Source of the DNA: Chlamydiota bacterium | GTDB lineage: Bacteria; Chlamydiota; Chlamydiia; Chlamydiales; Rhabdochlamydiaceae | Assembly (NCBI GenBank): GCA_011065235.1 | Contig: JAAKFB010000001.1 | Location: 1 to 36,464, forward strand | Direction: 5' to 3' | Length of the DNA: 36,464 bases | Shown here: one piece after another, positions 16,627 to 25,771 of the stretch | Layout of the letters: each line of letters opens with the position of its first letter | Position numbering within the stretch: position 1 is the first letter of the stretch | Notes under the pieces: model-generated | Seen by the model: only the letters and a program-made list of their open reading frames with translations | What the model was told of the DNA's origin: nothing | Databases searched by the model: none | Program-made: the position numbers and the translations under genes

Positions 16627-17304
16627 TTAAAATGAACCCATGTTGCGATTGACTAGAGATTTAAAATCAGTCTCATTCATCTCTTTGTAGCGCTTAGCTG
16701 TGTTCATAGGTGCGGTTGATCCAACACTTGAAAGAGATCCTGCTTTTTGAGAATTTTGCATGATTCTTTCGGCGTCTTGGTTCTTCTTCCCTGTCTTCAT
16801 ATCAGACTTATATGTGTCTGAATTTTTAGCTAAGTAGTACGCGAGATCATAGTCCTGACTCTGCTCTAGAGTGGATCTTAACTTTGGGTTCTGTTTCAAA
16901 ACTTCAGGTAAATACTTTTGAACTACGTCTTGGTAATCTGGATGTTTTTGCACCATCTTCATCTCTTCAATGGAGCTCTGATATTGATTGTTCATCTTCT
17001 TGAGGAACTTTTTAGCTTCCCCAACTGTCAAAACATCATCATCAGCCATTGCATCCATCTCATCAGTCGGCTTTTGCTGCTGTTGAGATGTTTGTTGAGC
17101 TTGCATCAGGGCAATATGATCTTTGATCACCCGTAGTTCATCTTGTAAATTCTGGCGTTGTGTACGTTCGGATTGAAGCGCATCAAGAGGTACCATTTGG
17201 GCTTCTTTTTGCTCTTCACCGGTGTGCAAATCATCCGTTACAGAATCTACAGGAGCGGCGGCCTCCATGACTTGTGCGCCCGAATCTTGTGGTTCTTCAC
17301 TCAT
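16627..17304 (-). CDS. scaffolding protein
   Basis: Start moved to the ATG at 17304 (GAGGAG 7 nt upstream). An acidic, Q/E/K-rich, helical-looking 225-aa protein directly upstream of the capsid gene. Confidence 0.7.
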   Translation of the reverse strand: MSEEPQDSGAQVMEAAAPVDSVTDDLHTGEEQKEAQMVPLDALQSERTQRQNLQDELRVIKDHIALMQAQQTSQQQQKPTDEMDAMADDDVLTVGEAKKFLKKMNNQYQSSIEEMKMVQKHPDYQDVVQKYLPEVLKQNPKLRSTLEQSQDYDLAYYLAKNSDTYKSDMKTGKKNQDAERIMQNSQKAGSLSSVGSTAPMNTAKRYKEMNETDFKSLVNRNMGSF

Positions 17305-17364
17305 TGTGTGGCTCCTCAATTTAACGCCCGATGACCTTCTTGTGGTTCTGGTCAGTCGGCGGCA

Positions 17365-17739
17365 CTATTGTGTTATGTAAGCACCAGGTATTGTAGTTGT
17401 CTCGGTGACAACTTCATTACATGGCTCAGCCCCCAAGCCTTGTAGGGCATCAAAGTCAAACGGCCTCTGAGGCATATTGACTTCCCACTTGATTTCTCCA
17501 GTGGAATTCGAAACTTCACCTACAATCATTCCAACTTGTGGAGTGGGTTTGGTGAAGTAAGGCTTGATGTGTTTAATCAGAGTGGGCTTCCCATCAACCG
17601 TTACCTTCGCAGGTTTCGCGAATAAGACAATCCAATAAGGTTCTGTAAGACCCTTGTTGGCGCTCACAATCTCTTGTATAAGCTTATCGTCATCCTCGAT
17701 GATAGCGTCGCGGGTTTCCCCAGTCTCTTGACTCATCAC
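17365..17739 (-). CDS. hypothetical protein (124 aa) between portal and scaffold
   Basis: ORF with ordinary composition lying in the operon. No motif recognised. Confidence 0.6.
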   Translation of the reverse strand: MMSQETGETRDAIIEDDDKLIQEIVSANKGLTEPYWIVLFAKPAKVTVDGKPTLIKHIKPYFTKPTPQVGMIVGEVSNSTGEIKWEVNMPQRPFDFDALQGLGAEPCNEVVTETTTIPGAYITQ

Positions 17740-17745
17740 AACTCC

Positions 17746-18051
17746 TTAATATTTATAGTCGTATGCTTGTTTGGGATAGCCTTTACCTTCATGGAAAGGT
17801 TTGATCTCCTTAAAGCCATATCCAACCATTAGACCTACTTTACTGGGACTTTTGTCATGTCCCATCACTTTGCCGGATCCTGCCATCCCTTTTTCCATAT
17901 ACTTTTCATTTGCATAATTGGATTCAGATTTAGCCATTCCTCGGCTTTCATTTCGACGAGCTTTGTAGGATTGATCCATGTACTTATCAGCTCCATTTTT
18001 CATTCCTAAACGCTCATCCATGCGGTCGTTATAGCCCTGTTTGTGCGCCAT
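17746..18051 (-). CDS. hypothetical protein (101 aa)
   Basis: ORF that overlaps the portal 3' end by 23 nt. Lys/Gly/Tyr/Met-rich. Confidence 0.5.
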   Translation of the reverse strand: MAHKQGYNDRMDERLGMKNGADKYMDQSYKARRNESRGMAKSESNYANEKYMEKGMAGSGKVMGHDKSPSKVGLMVGYGFKEIKPFHEGKGYPKQAYDYKY

Positions 18052-20122
18052 TTAGTACCTCCGTGGATTGTTGTTGAAATTCCGGTGTTCCTTGTGGAAC
18101 AACGGGTTGTTGCTGCGGTTGACCAATTTCTTGACCAATTGCAGAAATTTGTACATCTTCAGCTTTTATTTGATTCTCTCTAACTCGATTCATATCTTCC
18201 ATTGATCGGATAATGGCGAGATATTTCACTATCCTTTCGTCGTCCATCGATTCAAGTTCTTTCATAGCTTTAATGCGACTCAAAGCAGCATCTGATCGAT
18301 CTGCAACGGCCTTAGCTGCACGCTCATCTTCAAGCCCCATATTGGCTACAGCACGCGTATATCTCTCTTTAGATAGTGCGATGTCAGAAATTGCTTTCGC
18401 TTGAGACATTTCACCTTGAGATTGGAGAACTTTCGCTTGTATTTGTTGCTGTTCCTGCGCTTGCTGGGCCTGCTGCTGCTCCATTTGAGCGATCTGCTCA
18501 ATATATTTGGTTTTACCTTGAATAGGTGCAGCTTCAGCGAGCATTTCACCTGTAACAGGAGCACCAAGCTGCTTGAGGTCCACCAACTGACGAAAGTACA
18601 TCTGTTTCTGGGTCTCTGTTAACATTCCTTCTTGAACTGACACGTCATATTTGGTAAATTCTCTGTCGTAAAACTCTGCTGTAGGTTCCTCATTGATGAT
18701 TCGTTTGATTTTCTCGGGAGTCCACTGCTGAATTAGCTTGAGAACTTTCTGGGAGAGTTGTTTTTGTGCGAATCTTAAGTTGTCAAATACATCCTGGATA
18801 TTTACGATCGCAGCCCCCTGTCTCATCATCATCATCACACCAGATTCATTACCTGAATCAGCAATACCAAACGCAGCGTCGTTAATACCAGCGATCTCAG
18901 TCATATCTTTATCAAAGAGTTCTTGGAGTTGGAACATGGAAGGAGGGATTTGAGCAGGAGGTATTTTCTCAATTGCTCCAGGTGGCGCATCTTCTCGTCT
19001 CCAAATTACTTTACCCTGACTTGTCTGAAAGAGTGATCTAGGATTGACGACGCTATTCTCGTTGGCTATCCATCCAGAATTAATTTGGGAATCCAAGACA
19101 TCAATCATTTGGGATCTTCTACGATTTGCTTCACGTTGTGGGTCGCGCATGCAACGAATTAACGATTGAAGCTTTAGGCCCCACTGATCGGATTCAGGTT
19201 CCCATATGCTGGTAAAAGGGACGAAAGGATATTCATTCAAACCGTACGGATCCTCGTCGGTTTTCATGACAACATCGTTAACAATCACATGGCGTACAAT
19301 GTATCGTTGAGGTCGTTCCACAATCTTTAGATTTTCATGCATCGAAAGAAGAAGTTTTTGACGATCCTTAGGGACATCAAAGTCAGTGAAATCACCTGTT
19401 TCCATATCCACTAGAACAGGAACGTTTCGCCATTTCTGTAGGAAGAACTCATTGTAAGCCATGAGATCTTGACCGTTAGGTTGTCGTTGGTACGGAAGCC
19501 ATGTAAACTTTTCGTCTCTAGCCCATCCTGCTCTATAGATGTCATGGATCTCATCCTCCATACCTGGAAGGAGAGAAGCCACTTGGTCAGGGCCTAAGTA
19601 TTTTCTTCGCATAAGGAAATCGCAGTCGGACCAATCGAGCTTTGTGAAATAGGGATCTACAATGAAACCGTTGTAGGGATCTCTTCCAAATTTGATGTCT
19701 CCATTGATAGGATCATCTCGGTAATCCATCCAAACGGAACAGAGATTCCAACCAGTTTTGATTGCTCCACCAAAACAGTCAGAGATTGTGCGATATCCAT
19801 CCCCGTAATTCATTACATGCATGAGAAGCTGGGAGAGCTGATCAGCTGTTTTTTGATCGGAGTTTTCTACTGGAAGGACTATAGAAGAAAGACGATGTTT
19901 CCGCTGATATCCCGTGATCATGTTGATATTGCGTCTTACGCGGTTGAATACAAACGCATTCCTTCCCTCTTGGAAGAGCTGCCTTTTTTCTTGCTCGTCC
20001 CACTGATCCCCCAAGTAAAATCTAAGGTCTCTCTCAGCTTCAGGAAAAAATTGGTCCCACGCATAGTACGCATCGGTGTACAATTCGCTAAAGTCCTGGA
20101 GTATCGACTGATCAGTTGACAT
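18029..20122 (-). CDS. portal protein
   Basis: 697 aa. N-terminal pattern AERDLRFYLGDQWDEQEKRQLFQEGRNAFVFNRVRRNINMITGYQR is typical of portals. It has a long Q/A/E-rich C-terminal coiled-coil 'barrel' and follows terL. AGGAGG 9 nt upstream of the ATG. Confidence 0.85.
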   Translation of the reverse strand: MSTDQSILQDFSELYTDAYYAWDQFFPEAERDLRFYLGDQWDEQEKRQLFQEGRNAFVFNRVRRNINMITGYQRKHRLSSIVLPVENSDQKTADQLSQLLMHVMNYGDGYRTISDCFGGAIKTGWNLCSVWMDYRDDPINGDIKFGRDPYNGFIVDPYFTKLDWSDCDFLMRRKYLGPDQVASLLPGMEDEIHDIYRAGWARDEKFTWLPYQRQPNGQDLMAYNEFFLQKWRNVPVLVDMETGDFTDFDVPKDRQKLLLSMHENLKIVERPQRYIVRHVIVNDVVMKTDEDPYGLNEYPFVPFTSIWEPESDQWGLKLQSLIRCMRDPQREANRRRSQMIDVLDSQINSGWIANENSVVNPRSLFQTSQGKVIWRREDAPPGAIEKIPPAQIPPSMFQLQELFDKDMTEIAGINDAAFGIADSGNESGVMMMMRQGAAIVNIQDVFDNLRFAQKQLSQKVLKLIQQWTPEKIKRIINEEPTAEFYDREFTKYDVSVQEGMLTETQKQMYFRQLVDLKQLGAPVTGEMLAEAAPIQGKTKYIEQIAQMEQQQAQQAQEQQQIQAKVLQSQGEMSQAKAISDIALSKERYTRAVANMGLEDERAAKAVADRSDAALSRIKAMKELESMDDERIVKYLAIIRSMEDMNRVRENQIKAEDVQISAIGQEIGQPQQQPVVPQGTPEFQQQSTEVLNGAQTGL

Positions 20123-20172
20123 TAAACCAAACCTCCTATAAGCTTATTACACCCATATGGAGGAGTAAGCTT

Positions 20173-20802
20173 ATGAAACCACTTATCGATATGACCAACC
20201 AGACCTACGGTAGTTGGAAAGTTTTGAAAAGAGGACCAAATACTAAACAAGGTCAAGCGCAATGGATTTGTGAATGTCAGGGATGCTTTGAACTTAAAAT
20301 AGTCAAGGGGTCGCATCTTAGAGATGGAAGAAGTACCAAATGCAAAGACTGCCACAACAAATCTTTTAACAGAAGACATGGAATGTACAGATCCAATGTT
20401 TATGGAATTTGGGAGGAAATGATTCAACGATGCAGTAATTCTAATAATCAAAACTTCAAAAAATATGGAGGACGAGGAATCAAAGTTTGTGAATCTTGGA
20501 AAGATGATTTTCTTAATTTTTGGGGAGACATGGGAAACAAGCCTGAAGGAATGAGTTTGGATCGAATCGACAACGACGGAAACTACTCCAAATCCAACTG
20601 TCGTTGGGCAGACAGATTGACTCAATCTCAAAACACTAGAAGATCTCACCTTCCTGGAAATATTTACGGCGATTGGAGACTTCTTGAAAACACTCCGTAC
20701 AGCAAGAAATCTACCTTTGAATGTGTAAGATGCGGACGCAAAAGAACAGACGAGACGTTCTATGTCACTTCGAAGAAAGCGGCATGCTGTAAATGTACCT
20801 AA
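20173..20802 (+). CDS. HNH-family (IDR-type) homing-endonuclease-like protein with Zn-finger motifs
   Basis: Start set at the ATG at 20173 (GGAGG 8 nt upstream). Motif MSLDRIDNDGNYSKSNCRWADRLTQSQN, plus CxCxxC..CxxC near the N-terminus and CxxC..CCxC near the C-terminus. It is the only plus-strand gene inside the late operon. Confidence 0.75.
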   Translation: MKPLIDMTNQTYGSWKVLKRGPNTKQGQAQWICECQGCFELKIVKGSHLRDGRSTKCKDCHNKSFNRRHGMYRSNVYGIWEEMIQRCSNSNNQNFKKYGGRGIKVCESWKDDFLNFWGDMGNKPEGMSLDRIDNDGNYSKSNCRWADRLTQSQNTRRSHLPGNIYGDWRLLENTPYSKKSTFECVRCGRKRTDETFYVTSKKAACCKCT

Positions 20803-20900
20803 TATTTCTGACAATGTGGTCCTTGCTTGTGCTGAAGCCTCGATGTGGTTCTAGGCTACTTCTAATTCTACACTACACGTTCTTTGTAGTAAATTCAAAT

Positions 20901-22154
20901 TTAAATGTTCACTCTCCACGATCTTTCCATCGATTCTGCATCCTCTTCTAACATTTTCTTTCCGCTTTTCTCAAAGAAGTGCGAAAAACATGCATAACGA
21001 AGCGCGTCAAGCCCATGATCGTTCATCTTAATGGGCTTATCTTCCCCCTTCTTACTCGCCTTACTGTCCCATACATAAGTGGAGAATTCTTTGATAGTGT
21101 TCTCACAACATGAGCAGATTTTTAGCGTTCCATTCATAAGAAGTTGCCCAGTGAAACGGATTCCAGGGAGTACGTCATTTTTAGCGTCTCGTATGTATTG
21201 GACTCCGTTGCGTCTAAGTTCTTGTTTGAATGATGCAGCTGATGGGTCAACGTAGATTGCATCAACTGAAATGCCATCCATAAAATCGATAAGATCCTGG
21301 ACATATTCGTAATCGCTCTTCTGTCTCAAGGTCTTCTTGCTGTCGTAGTAATATTCCTTCTCCAGCCACATATTTGGGTAAACCGAAGGGTTATGTCCAA
21401 TCAGACTGAACACGCACGGATTGGTTGTGCCGTAGTCAATACCAATGATGTAACTCGTAGCATTCTCCTTGCTGAAAGGAATGACATGAATCTCATCTTC
21501 AAAGAAGTCAAAGACGGTTCCCTCGGCTAGAACCCAAAGCCCTTGAATGTACCTTTTGTACCAGAGACCTTGATATTCGTTTTTCAGATCATTCTTATAG
21601 TCTTCCGACAACGATGGATTGTCATCGATGTTGAAGCTAAAGACTGAGCAGTTTAACTCGTGTTTCCTATTGATAAAGTCAGTCTTGACCCAATGAAAAG
21701 GTGAATCGGCATTCGTCGAAGCAAACAGCTGAGCCCCGTGAACTGATAGCCGAGACAAGAGCATCTTACAGAAGTTCTCGGGAAGTAGCGTTAACTCATC
21801 AATGAGGGCACCAGCAAATTCAGAGCCACGTATCTTAGCTTCGGCTCTCTCGTCGTTAGCGCCTATCACGTACATGGTCCTACCATAAAGCTGAACCTCA
21901 CCCTTACCGCTCGCGTAACGCACAGCATCGCCTACTAGATCGATGATAGGGTTGATTATGTTACGTTTGATCGTCTTATCCGTACGGCCGCATATCACAA
22001 GTGGTCCAGGTGGTCCACTACGACAGAACTCAAGCCAACGAAGCAATGCGATGAATGATTTGCCAGCTCGCACAGGGCCTTCAAAGATGTTGATCCTGGA
22101 ATTGGAATCCTGGAAAGACTCTATCTGCTTGGCACTTAAGCTGCTGATGTTCAT
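20901..22154 (-). CDS. terL: terminase large subunit
   Basis: 417 aa. Walker A FEGPVRAGKSF near the N-terminus, an acidic nuclease-type C-terminal half (..MNDHGLDALRYA), and a position between terS and portal. Confidence 0.9.
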   Translation of the reverse strand: MNISSLSAKQIESFQDSNSRINIFEGPVRAGKSFIALLRWLEFCRSGPPGPLVICGRTDKTIKRNIINPIIDLVGDAVRYASGKGEVQLYGRTMYVIGANDERAEAKIRGSEFAGALIDELTLLPENFCKMLLSRLSVHGAQLFASTNADSPFHWVKTDFINRKHELNCSVFSFNIDDNPSLSEDYKNDLKNEYQGLWYKRYIQGLWVLAEGTVFDFFEDEIHVIPFSKENATSYIIGIDYGTTNPCVFSLIGHNPSVYPNMWLEKEYYYDSKKTLRQKSDYEYVQDLIDFMDGISVDAIYVDPSAASFKQELRRNGVQYIRDAKNDVLPGIRFTGQLLMNGTLKICSCCENTIKEFSTYVWDSKASKKGEDKPIKMNDHGLDALRYACFSHFFEKSGKKMLEEDAESMERSWRVNI

Positions 22155-22166
22155 AAGTTTATAAAG

Positions 22167-22709
22167 TTAACCCCCAACGCATGGAGTTACGCCAGGGGTC
22201 AACTGGGGTGCATGTTGACTGCATTCTTTTAGGTCTTCTCTTACTGCATCAGCGAGCAGAGAGGATTCATTGTTAGTCTTTCGCTCTTTAAAGTCTTGTT
22301 CTGATTTGATAGATTTTAGGGTGTCCAGCAACATCGCAAGCTTACCATTGAAGTGCTCAAGTTCTTGGGGTATATCCCTCTGGCCAAGGAGTTGCTTCCC
22401 AAGCCATATACACATAGCTGCGTTCGTTCTACTAAGATTCATTTGATTTCTACGTAGGCTTGCTTTTCCACCTTCAGCAAATCGTTTATAACAAGTGGAA
22501 AAAGATTCAGAATAATGCCTTTCACACCAACCATTTATGACTCTTTGATCAGATCCAAGTATAGCCTCTAATTCATTCACTGTACAATGGATATGACAAA
22601 GATTCTCAAAGGTCTTCTGATCGAATTCCTTGGGAGGTCTGCCATTCGGTTTGCCGTTAGGTTTGCCGTTAGGTTTGCCGTTAGGTTTGCCGTTAGGTTT
22701 GTTCGTCAT
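22167..22709 (-). CDS. terS: terminase small subunit (start uncertain: 22709 preferred, 22778 possible)
   Basis: GRPPKEFDQKTFENLCHIHCTVNELEAILG..INGWCERH..F (HTH) and ..AAMCIWLGKQLLGQRD are typical of small terminases. The ATG at 22709 has GGAG 6 nt upstream and avoids a long overlap with the DUF551-like ORF. Confidence 0.75.
   Translation of the reverse strand: MTNKPNGKPNGKPNGKPNGKPNGRPPKEFDQKTFENLCHIHCTVNELEAILGSDQRVINGWCERHYSESFSTCYKRFAEGGKASLRRNQMNLSRTNAAMCIWLGKQLLGQRDIPQELEHFNGKLAMLLDTLKSIKSEQDFKERKTNNESSLLADAVREDLKECSQHAPQLTPGVTPCVGG
22648..22695. repeat. perfect 12-bp tandem repeat x4 (ggtttgccgtta), degenerate copies on both sides (22636..22707)
   Basis: Direct reading. It encodes (KPNG)n at the terS N-terminus. 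Confidence 0.95.
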
Positions 22710-22905
22710 AACTTCTCCGTGTGTCTTCTGGTGTCTCAGGTAATCCACACCAGTATTGCCACTTTGGTTTTTCTCCATTTTCTCCTACCCAATGTCTATC
22801 CCACTTCTTGAATCGTCTTGTTTGAACAATGAACCCTCTTTCGTCAATTCCCAATATATGGGTATCAAAAGGGGGTAAGCTCTTAGGTATCTTTTTCCAT
22901 TCCAC
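22693..22905 (-). CDS. DUF551-like small protein
   Basis: 70 aa with a GTG start. Pattern W..IP..LPP.....VLG...........W......QYWCGLPETPED resembles DUF551 phage proteins. Confidence 0.5.
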   Translation of the reverse strand: MEWKKIPKSLPPFDTHILGIDERGFIVQTRRFKKWDRHWVGENGEKPKWQYWCGLPETPEDTRRSYDEQT

Positions 22906-23219
22906 TATCCATACCTCTTCATCATCTCACCGACGGCATGGAAACCCCATCCTTTAGGGGGGGGGAGTAAATGCCGCTCCTTTTTTTTGTTGTGGTTTTT
23001 GTACATATAAGCCACTCTTTCGCCTGTTCTTCGAGAGTCTGCCATATCTTGGTAACAAGGTAGTCGTGGGAATTGGGATGCGATTATGTCTCTCGAACCG
23101 TGGTTCCACTTGGATAGGGTTGCCCTGCCTGATGTCAACACGCGGAACGGCCTCAGGGTATAGAACATAGACCCTGGTAAAAGGCTAAGGTAGCAGTGTT
23201 TGAATGTAGCTTTGTGCAT
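22905..23219 (-). CDS. questionable ORF (104 aa, basic, Cys/His/Trp-rich) in an atypical segment
   Basis: Its stop overlaps the next start (TAGTG), which favours coding. However, the composition is unlike its neighbours, and the frame runs through A9 and C9 homopolymers (KKK, PPP). Confidence 0.3.
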   Translation of the reverse strand: MHKATFKHCYLSLLPGSMFYTLRPFRVLTSGRATLSKWNHGSRDIIASQFPRLPCYQDMADSRRTGERVAYMYKNHNKKKERHLLPPPKGWGFHAVGEMMKRYG

Positions 23220-23280
23220 ATCGTTCTCTCGCTAGTTACAAGCTCCTTCCTTCAGGATGGTGCAGTTGACTTGTCGATCT

Positions 23281-23526
23281 TCAGCAGCCATTTAAGGGTC
23301 CTTCAAAGTATGCCCACTTATCTGTAGATTTCGTTGGGTGGTTGAAAAAAACGGTGGTTGGTCTTTCTAATCCAGCGATATGTAACGTCATTGCCCATTC
23401 ATCTTCCTGTTGGTCTAATCTAGCGATAAAATATTCAAACGTTCCATCCTGGAACATATCTTTTCTTACAAACACTTCCACATATGAGTCGGGTATTTCG
23501 TCTTTGAGGTTTCTCCAAATCATCAC
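23281..23526 (-). CDS. small hypothetical protein, DUF551-like pattern
   Basis: 81 aa. W..L.DEIPDSYVEVFV ... DKWAYFEGP. 4-nt overlap with the ParB-like gene. Confidence 0.5.
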   Translation of the reverse strand: MMIWRNLKDEIPDSYVEVFVRKDMFQDGTFEYFIARLDQQEDEWAMTLHIAGLERPTTVFFNHPTKSTDKWAYFEGPLNGC

Positions 23527-24059
23527 TTCACCTTTATCTTGTAGGTTGCTCCTTGAAACGTATCCAGGATAAGAGAGATCTTACTCTCAGCCTCCTGGAG
23601 GTCTTCAGAATTAGCGAATTTTATGTTCATTGCGCACTTACCGGCTGCTCCTTTAGCTCCTGGCTCTTCTTCCCCTGGAAGGCAGTCCAAATGGAGCTCT
23701 TCGACTGAGAAACCCCAATCCATGAGATCAAGAGGATCCCAATTGTTAGCAAGTAGATCAAAGTCAAAGCTACCGTTATTCTTGTTGAGTCGAATGTTGA
23801 GTTCGTCTGTTTCTTCTGGGCTGAGCGGCTCATCAGGTACGTAAACTTCGGTCTCTTCATGTCCCATCTTCTCCATTGTTTTTACACGCTGATGGCCACC
23901 AATGATTAGACCCTCCTGTGTTATTACGATAGGCTCACATAGGCCAAACTTCTCAATGGACTTCTCAAGATGATCCGCATCCTTCTTTGACATCTTACGA
24001 GGATTCTTTGGATTAGGCTTGAGGTCTGAAAGTTTTCTTGTCTCTAATCTCCATTTCAT
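23523..24059 (-). CDS. ParB-like nuclease domain protein
   Basis: LSDLKPNPKNPRKMSKKDADHLEKSIEKFGLCEPIVIT.EGLIIGGHQRVKTMEKMG matches the ParB N-terminal domain pattern. Confidence 0.75.
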   Translation of the reverse strand: MKWRLETRKLSDLKPNPKNPRKMSKKDADHLEKSIEKFGLCEPIVITQEGLIIGGHQRVKTMEKMGHEETEVYVPDEPLSPEETDELNIRLNKNNGSFDFDLLANNWDPLDLMDWGFSVEELHLDCLPGEEEPGAKGAAGKCAMNIKFANSEDLQEAESKISLILDTFQGATYKIKVK

Positions 24060-24319
24060 ATTTTGGCTTCCTCGTCATTGTCGTCGAATTCATCTTGGTC
24101 TTCCTTAGGATCGGAGTCAGATTCTATACGTCTTTCTGCGAAGCATTGTACATAGCGCACTTTGTCTAGGTCAAGCCAGAATCCAACGGTGCCGTCTTCA
24201 TCGTTCCAATATACATTCTTTTCCTTGAGGCAGGTAAAGAAGTTCGTGAGACTTTCCTTATCAATCTTGATTTCCACCTCGTGTGTATCTAGAAAGGTAA
24301 ATTTTACTGAGTATAGCAT
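24056..24319 (-). CDS. small protein with a strongly acidic C-tail
   Basis: 87 aa, ends ..ESDSDPKEDQDEFDDNDEEAKI. 4-nt overlap with the downstream gene. Confidence 0.6.
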   Translation of the reverse strand: MLYSVKFTFLDTHEVEIKIDKESLTNFFTCLKEKNVYWNDEDGTVGFWLDLDKVRYVQCFAERRIESDSDPKEDQDEFDDNDEEAKI

Positions 24320-24353
24320 TGTTTTACCTCATTTTTTGGGTAAGATTCTCTTG

Positions 24354-24593
24354 TCATTCGCCACCTACCCAGTAGTGGAATTTATCCCTTATGCGTGACC
24401 AGATTGAGTACGAGTTTTGTGTAATCATTCTTTCTACTTTTCCACAGAGATGTGCATGTTGAACATGCCAAGAGTCATGACATTGACGGCAAAATATTCG
24501 TCTCCATTTCCTTTTTCCGTTGGTGAACCAAAGAACTCGGGTGAACCGATCTTCAGTGCATCGCCCGCACTCGCCTTTCGCTGCAAAATCCAT
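24354..24593 (-). CDS. small Zn-ribbon-like protein
   Basis: 79 aa with CGRC ... CRQC. AAGGA 3 nt upstream of the ATG. Confidence 0.55.
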   Translation of the reverse strand: MDFAAKGECGRCTEDRFTRVLWFTNGKRKWRRIFCRQCHDSWHVQHAHLCGKVERMITQNSYSIWSRIRDKFHYWVGGE

Positions 24594-24776
24594 TCCTTAA
24601 CCACCCCTTCCATGTTTCCCTAATTCACGAGCCAATAGCATAGAGACCTCCCTACAACACACCTACCGAAACACCCCCAGATCCAACAGTGGTTAATTGC
24701 CCATGAAAGGAGGAAAGCCAAAACACTACCAAGCTGAGAGAAGCCGGTACGAAAAAAGTAAGTATGTTTTTGGCCG

Positions 24777-25070
24777 TCATTGGTTCCCATTTTCCTCCGG
24801 TTGAAGTGAGCTTAAATGTTCTTGAATAGCGTGGGAGGCTTGATCCATGAAAGCTTGCCAGACTTGTTTTCTAGTGAACCTGAGAAAAGGAAGGTATTTC
24901 TTCTCTCCATCCTTTTCATACTCCTTACCTGGGAGGGATATCCATCTAGAATTTCCTTTTTTGAAGTACGCGCACCCGACTATCTCTGCTTCCCATTTCT
25001 CGATATACAGGTCAGCGAATCCCACTAGGTTACCCTTCTCATGGTACTTGAACTTTTTACACTCAATCAT
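24777..25070 (-). CDS. hypothetical protein (97 aa)
   Basis: Start moved to the ATG at 25070 (GAGGAGG upstream, ATGATTGA overlap with the upstream stop). MIECKKFKYHEKGNLVGFADLYIEKWEAEIVGCAYFKK.. Confidence 0.6.
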   Translation of the reverse strand: MIECKKFKYHEKGNLVGFADLYIEKWEAEIVGCAYFKKGNSRWISLPGKEYEKDGEKKYLPFLRFTRKQVWQAFMDQASHAIQEHLSSLQPEENGNQ

Positions 25071-25428
25071 TTTTTTCCTCCTCCTCACTCTCTTTATATT
25101 TCTCTTGTGACTCATGGAGTCGCCAAGTCATTCCTATTATTTTCTCATTTGCTTTCTTATCGATCATCCAGTCGCCTGGAGGAGAATTAGGAAGAAACCA
25201 GCCCTCACAAGACACTTCAATTTTCATGACAACACGATCACCATCTTCGGGAGAAACCTTTTCAGCATCTTGCCATTCTTTGATCGATCGCCCTTTGTCT
25301 AATTTAATCAATAGCTCTTTGGCTAATTGCTTCAATGGCTTGGCTCCTAGGCGTTTAACTTCTTTGACAGCAGCCTTAGCATCTGCAACATCTCTTTCAT
25401 CGTCTAGGTAATCCATATCATCACTCAT
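25063..25428 (-). CDS. acidic hypothetical protein (121 aa)
   Basis: ORF with acidic N- and C-termini, lying in an operon with overlapping stops and starts. Confidence 0.6.
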   Translation of the reverse strand: MSDDMDYLDDERDVADAKAAVKEVKRLGAKPLKQLAKELLIKLDKGRSIKEWQDAEKVSPEDGDRVVMKIEVSCEGWFLPNSPPGDWMIDKKANEKIIGMTWRLHESQEKYKESEEEEKND

Positions 25429-25660
25429 ATATTTTCTCTCCTATAGAGTCTAAAAAGTCAGTCCACACCGTGATATTGATGTGGCTCCTATTGTCTTCCG
25501 TCTTAAGGCCTTCACGAACTTCATTGAGGATCTTCTTTTTGTCTGGTGACTTCATTTTTGCCCATCTGGTTTTGAGGTGTTTAGCCATTGAATCCGCTGC
25601 CGTTGTTCTTTTGGCTATGCAATGTCTAAAAGCGCATAGGAGTAGTTCGTCGTTAGTCAT
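25421..25660 (-). CDS. hypothetical protein (79 aa)
   Basis: ORF whose 3' end overlaps the start of the downstream gene by 8 nt. Confidence 0.55.
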   Translation of the reverse strand: MTNDELLLCAFRHCIAKRTTAADSMAKHLKTRWAKMKSPDKKKILNEVREGLKTEDNRSHINITVWTDFLDSIGEKIYE

Positions 25661-25771
25661 TTGCCGACTGGTATCATTTCTCTAGGGCTGATTACCTCTA
25701 CTTCTGCCTCACCTTTGACCATGGCGCTGCAAGATGTGAGGACTAGAATTGTTGCTAATGCTGCTAATCTG

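Noticed and set aside
20122-20814. 230-aa minus-strand ORF co-oriented with terL and portal
   Set aside because: The translation is Ser/Phe/Val-rich with no motif, typical of the antisense of a Lys/Asn/Asp-rich gene. The plus frame carries a clear HNH-type motif, Zn fingers and an RBS. The TAATG junction with portal is noted as a curiosity.
23090-23110. tRNA-like GGTTCGAG T-loop string on the minus strand
   Set aside because: The flanks do not form a T-stem, acceptor stem or anticodon arm. It is just a gaacc-acg-ggttc mini-hairpin.
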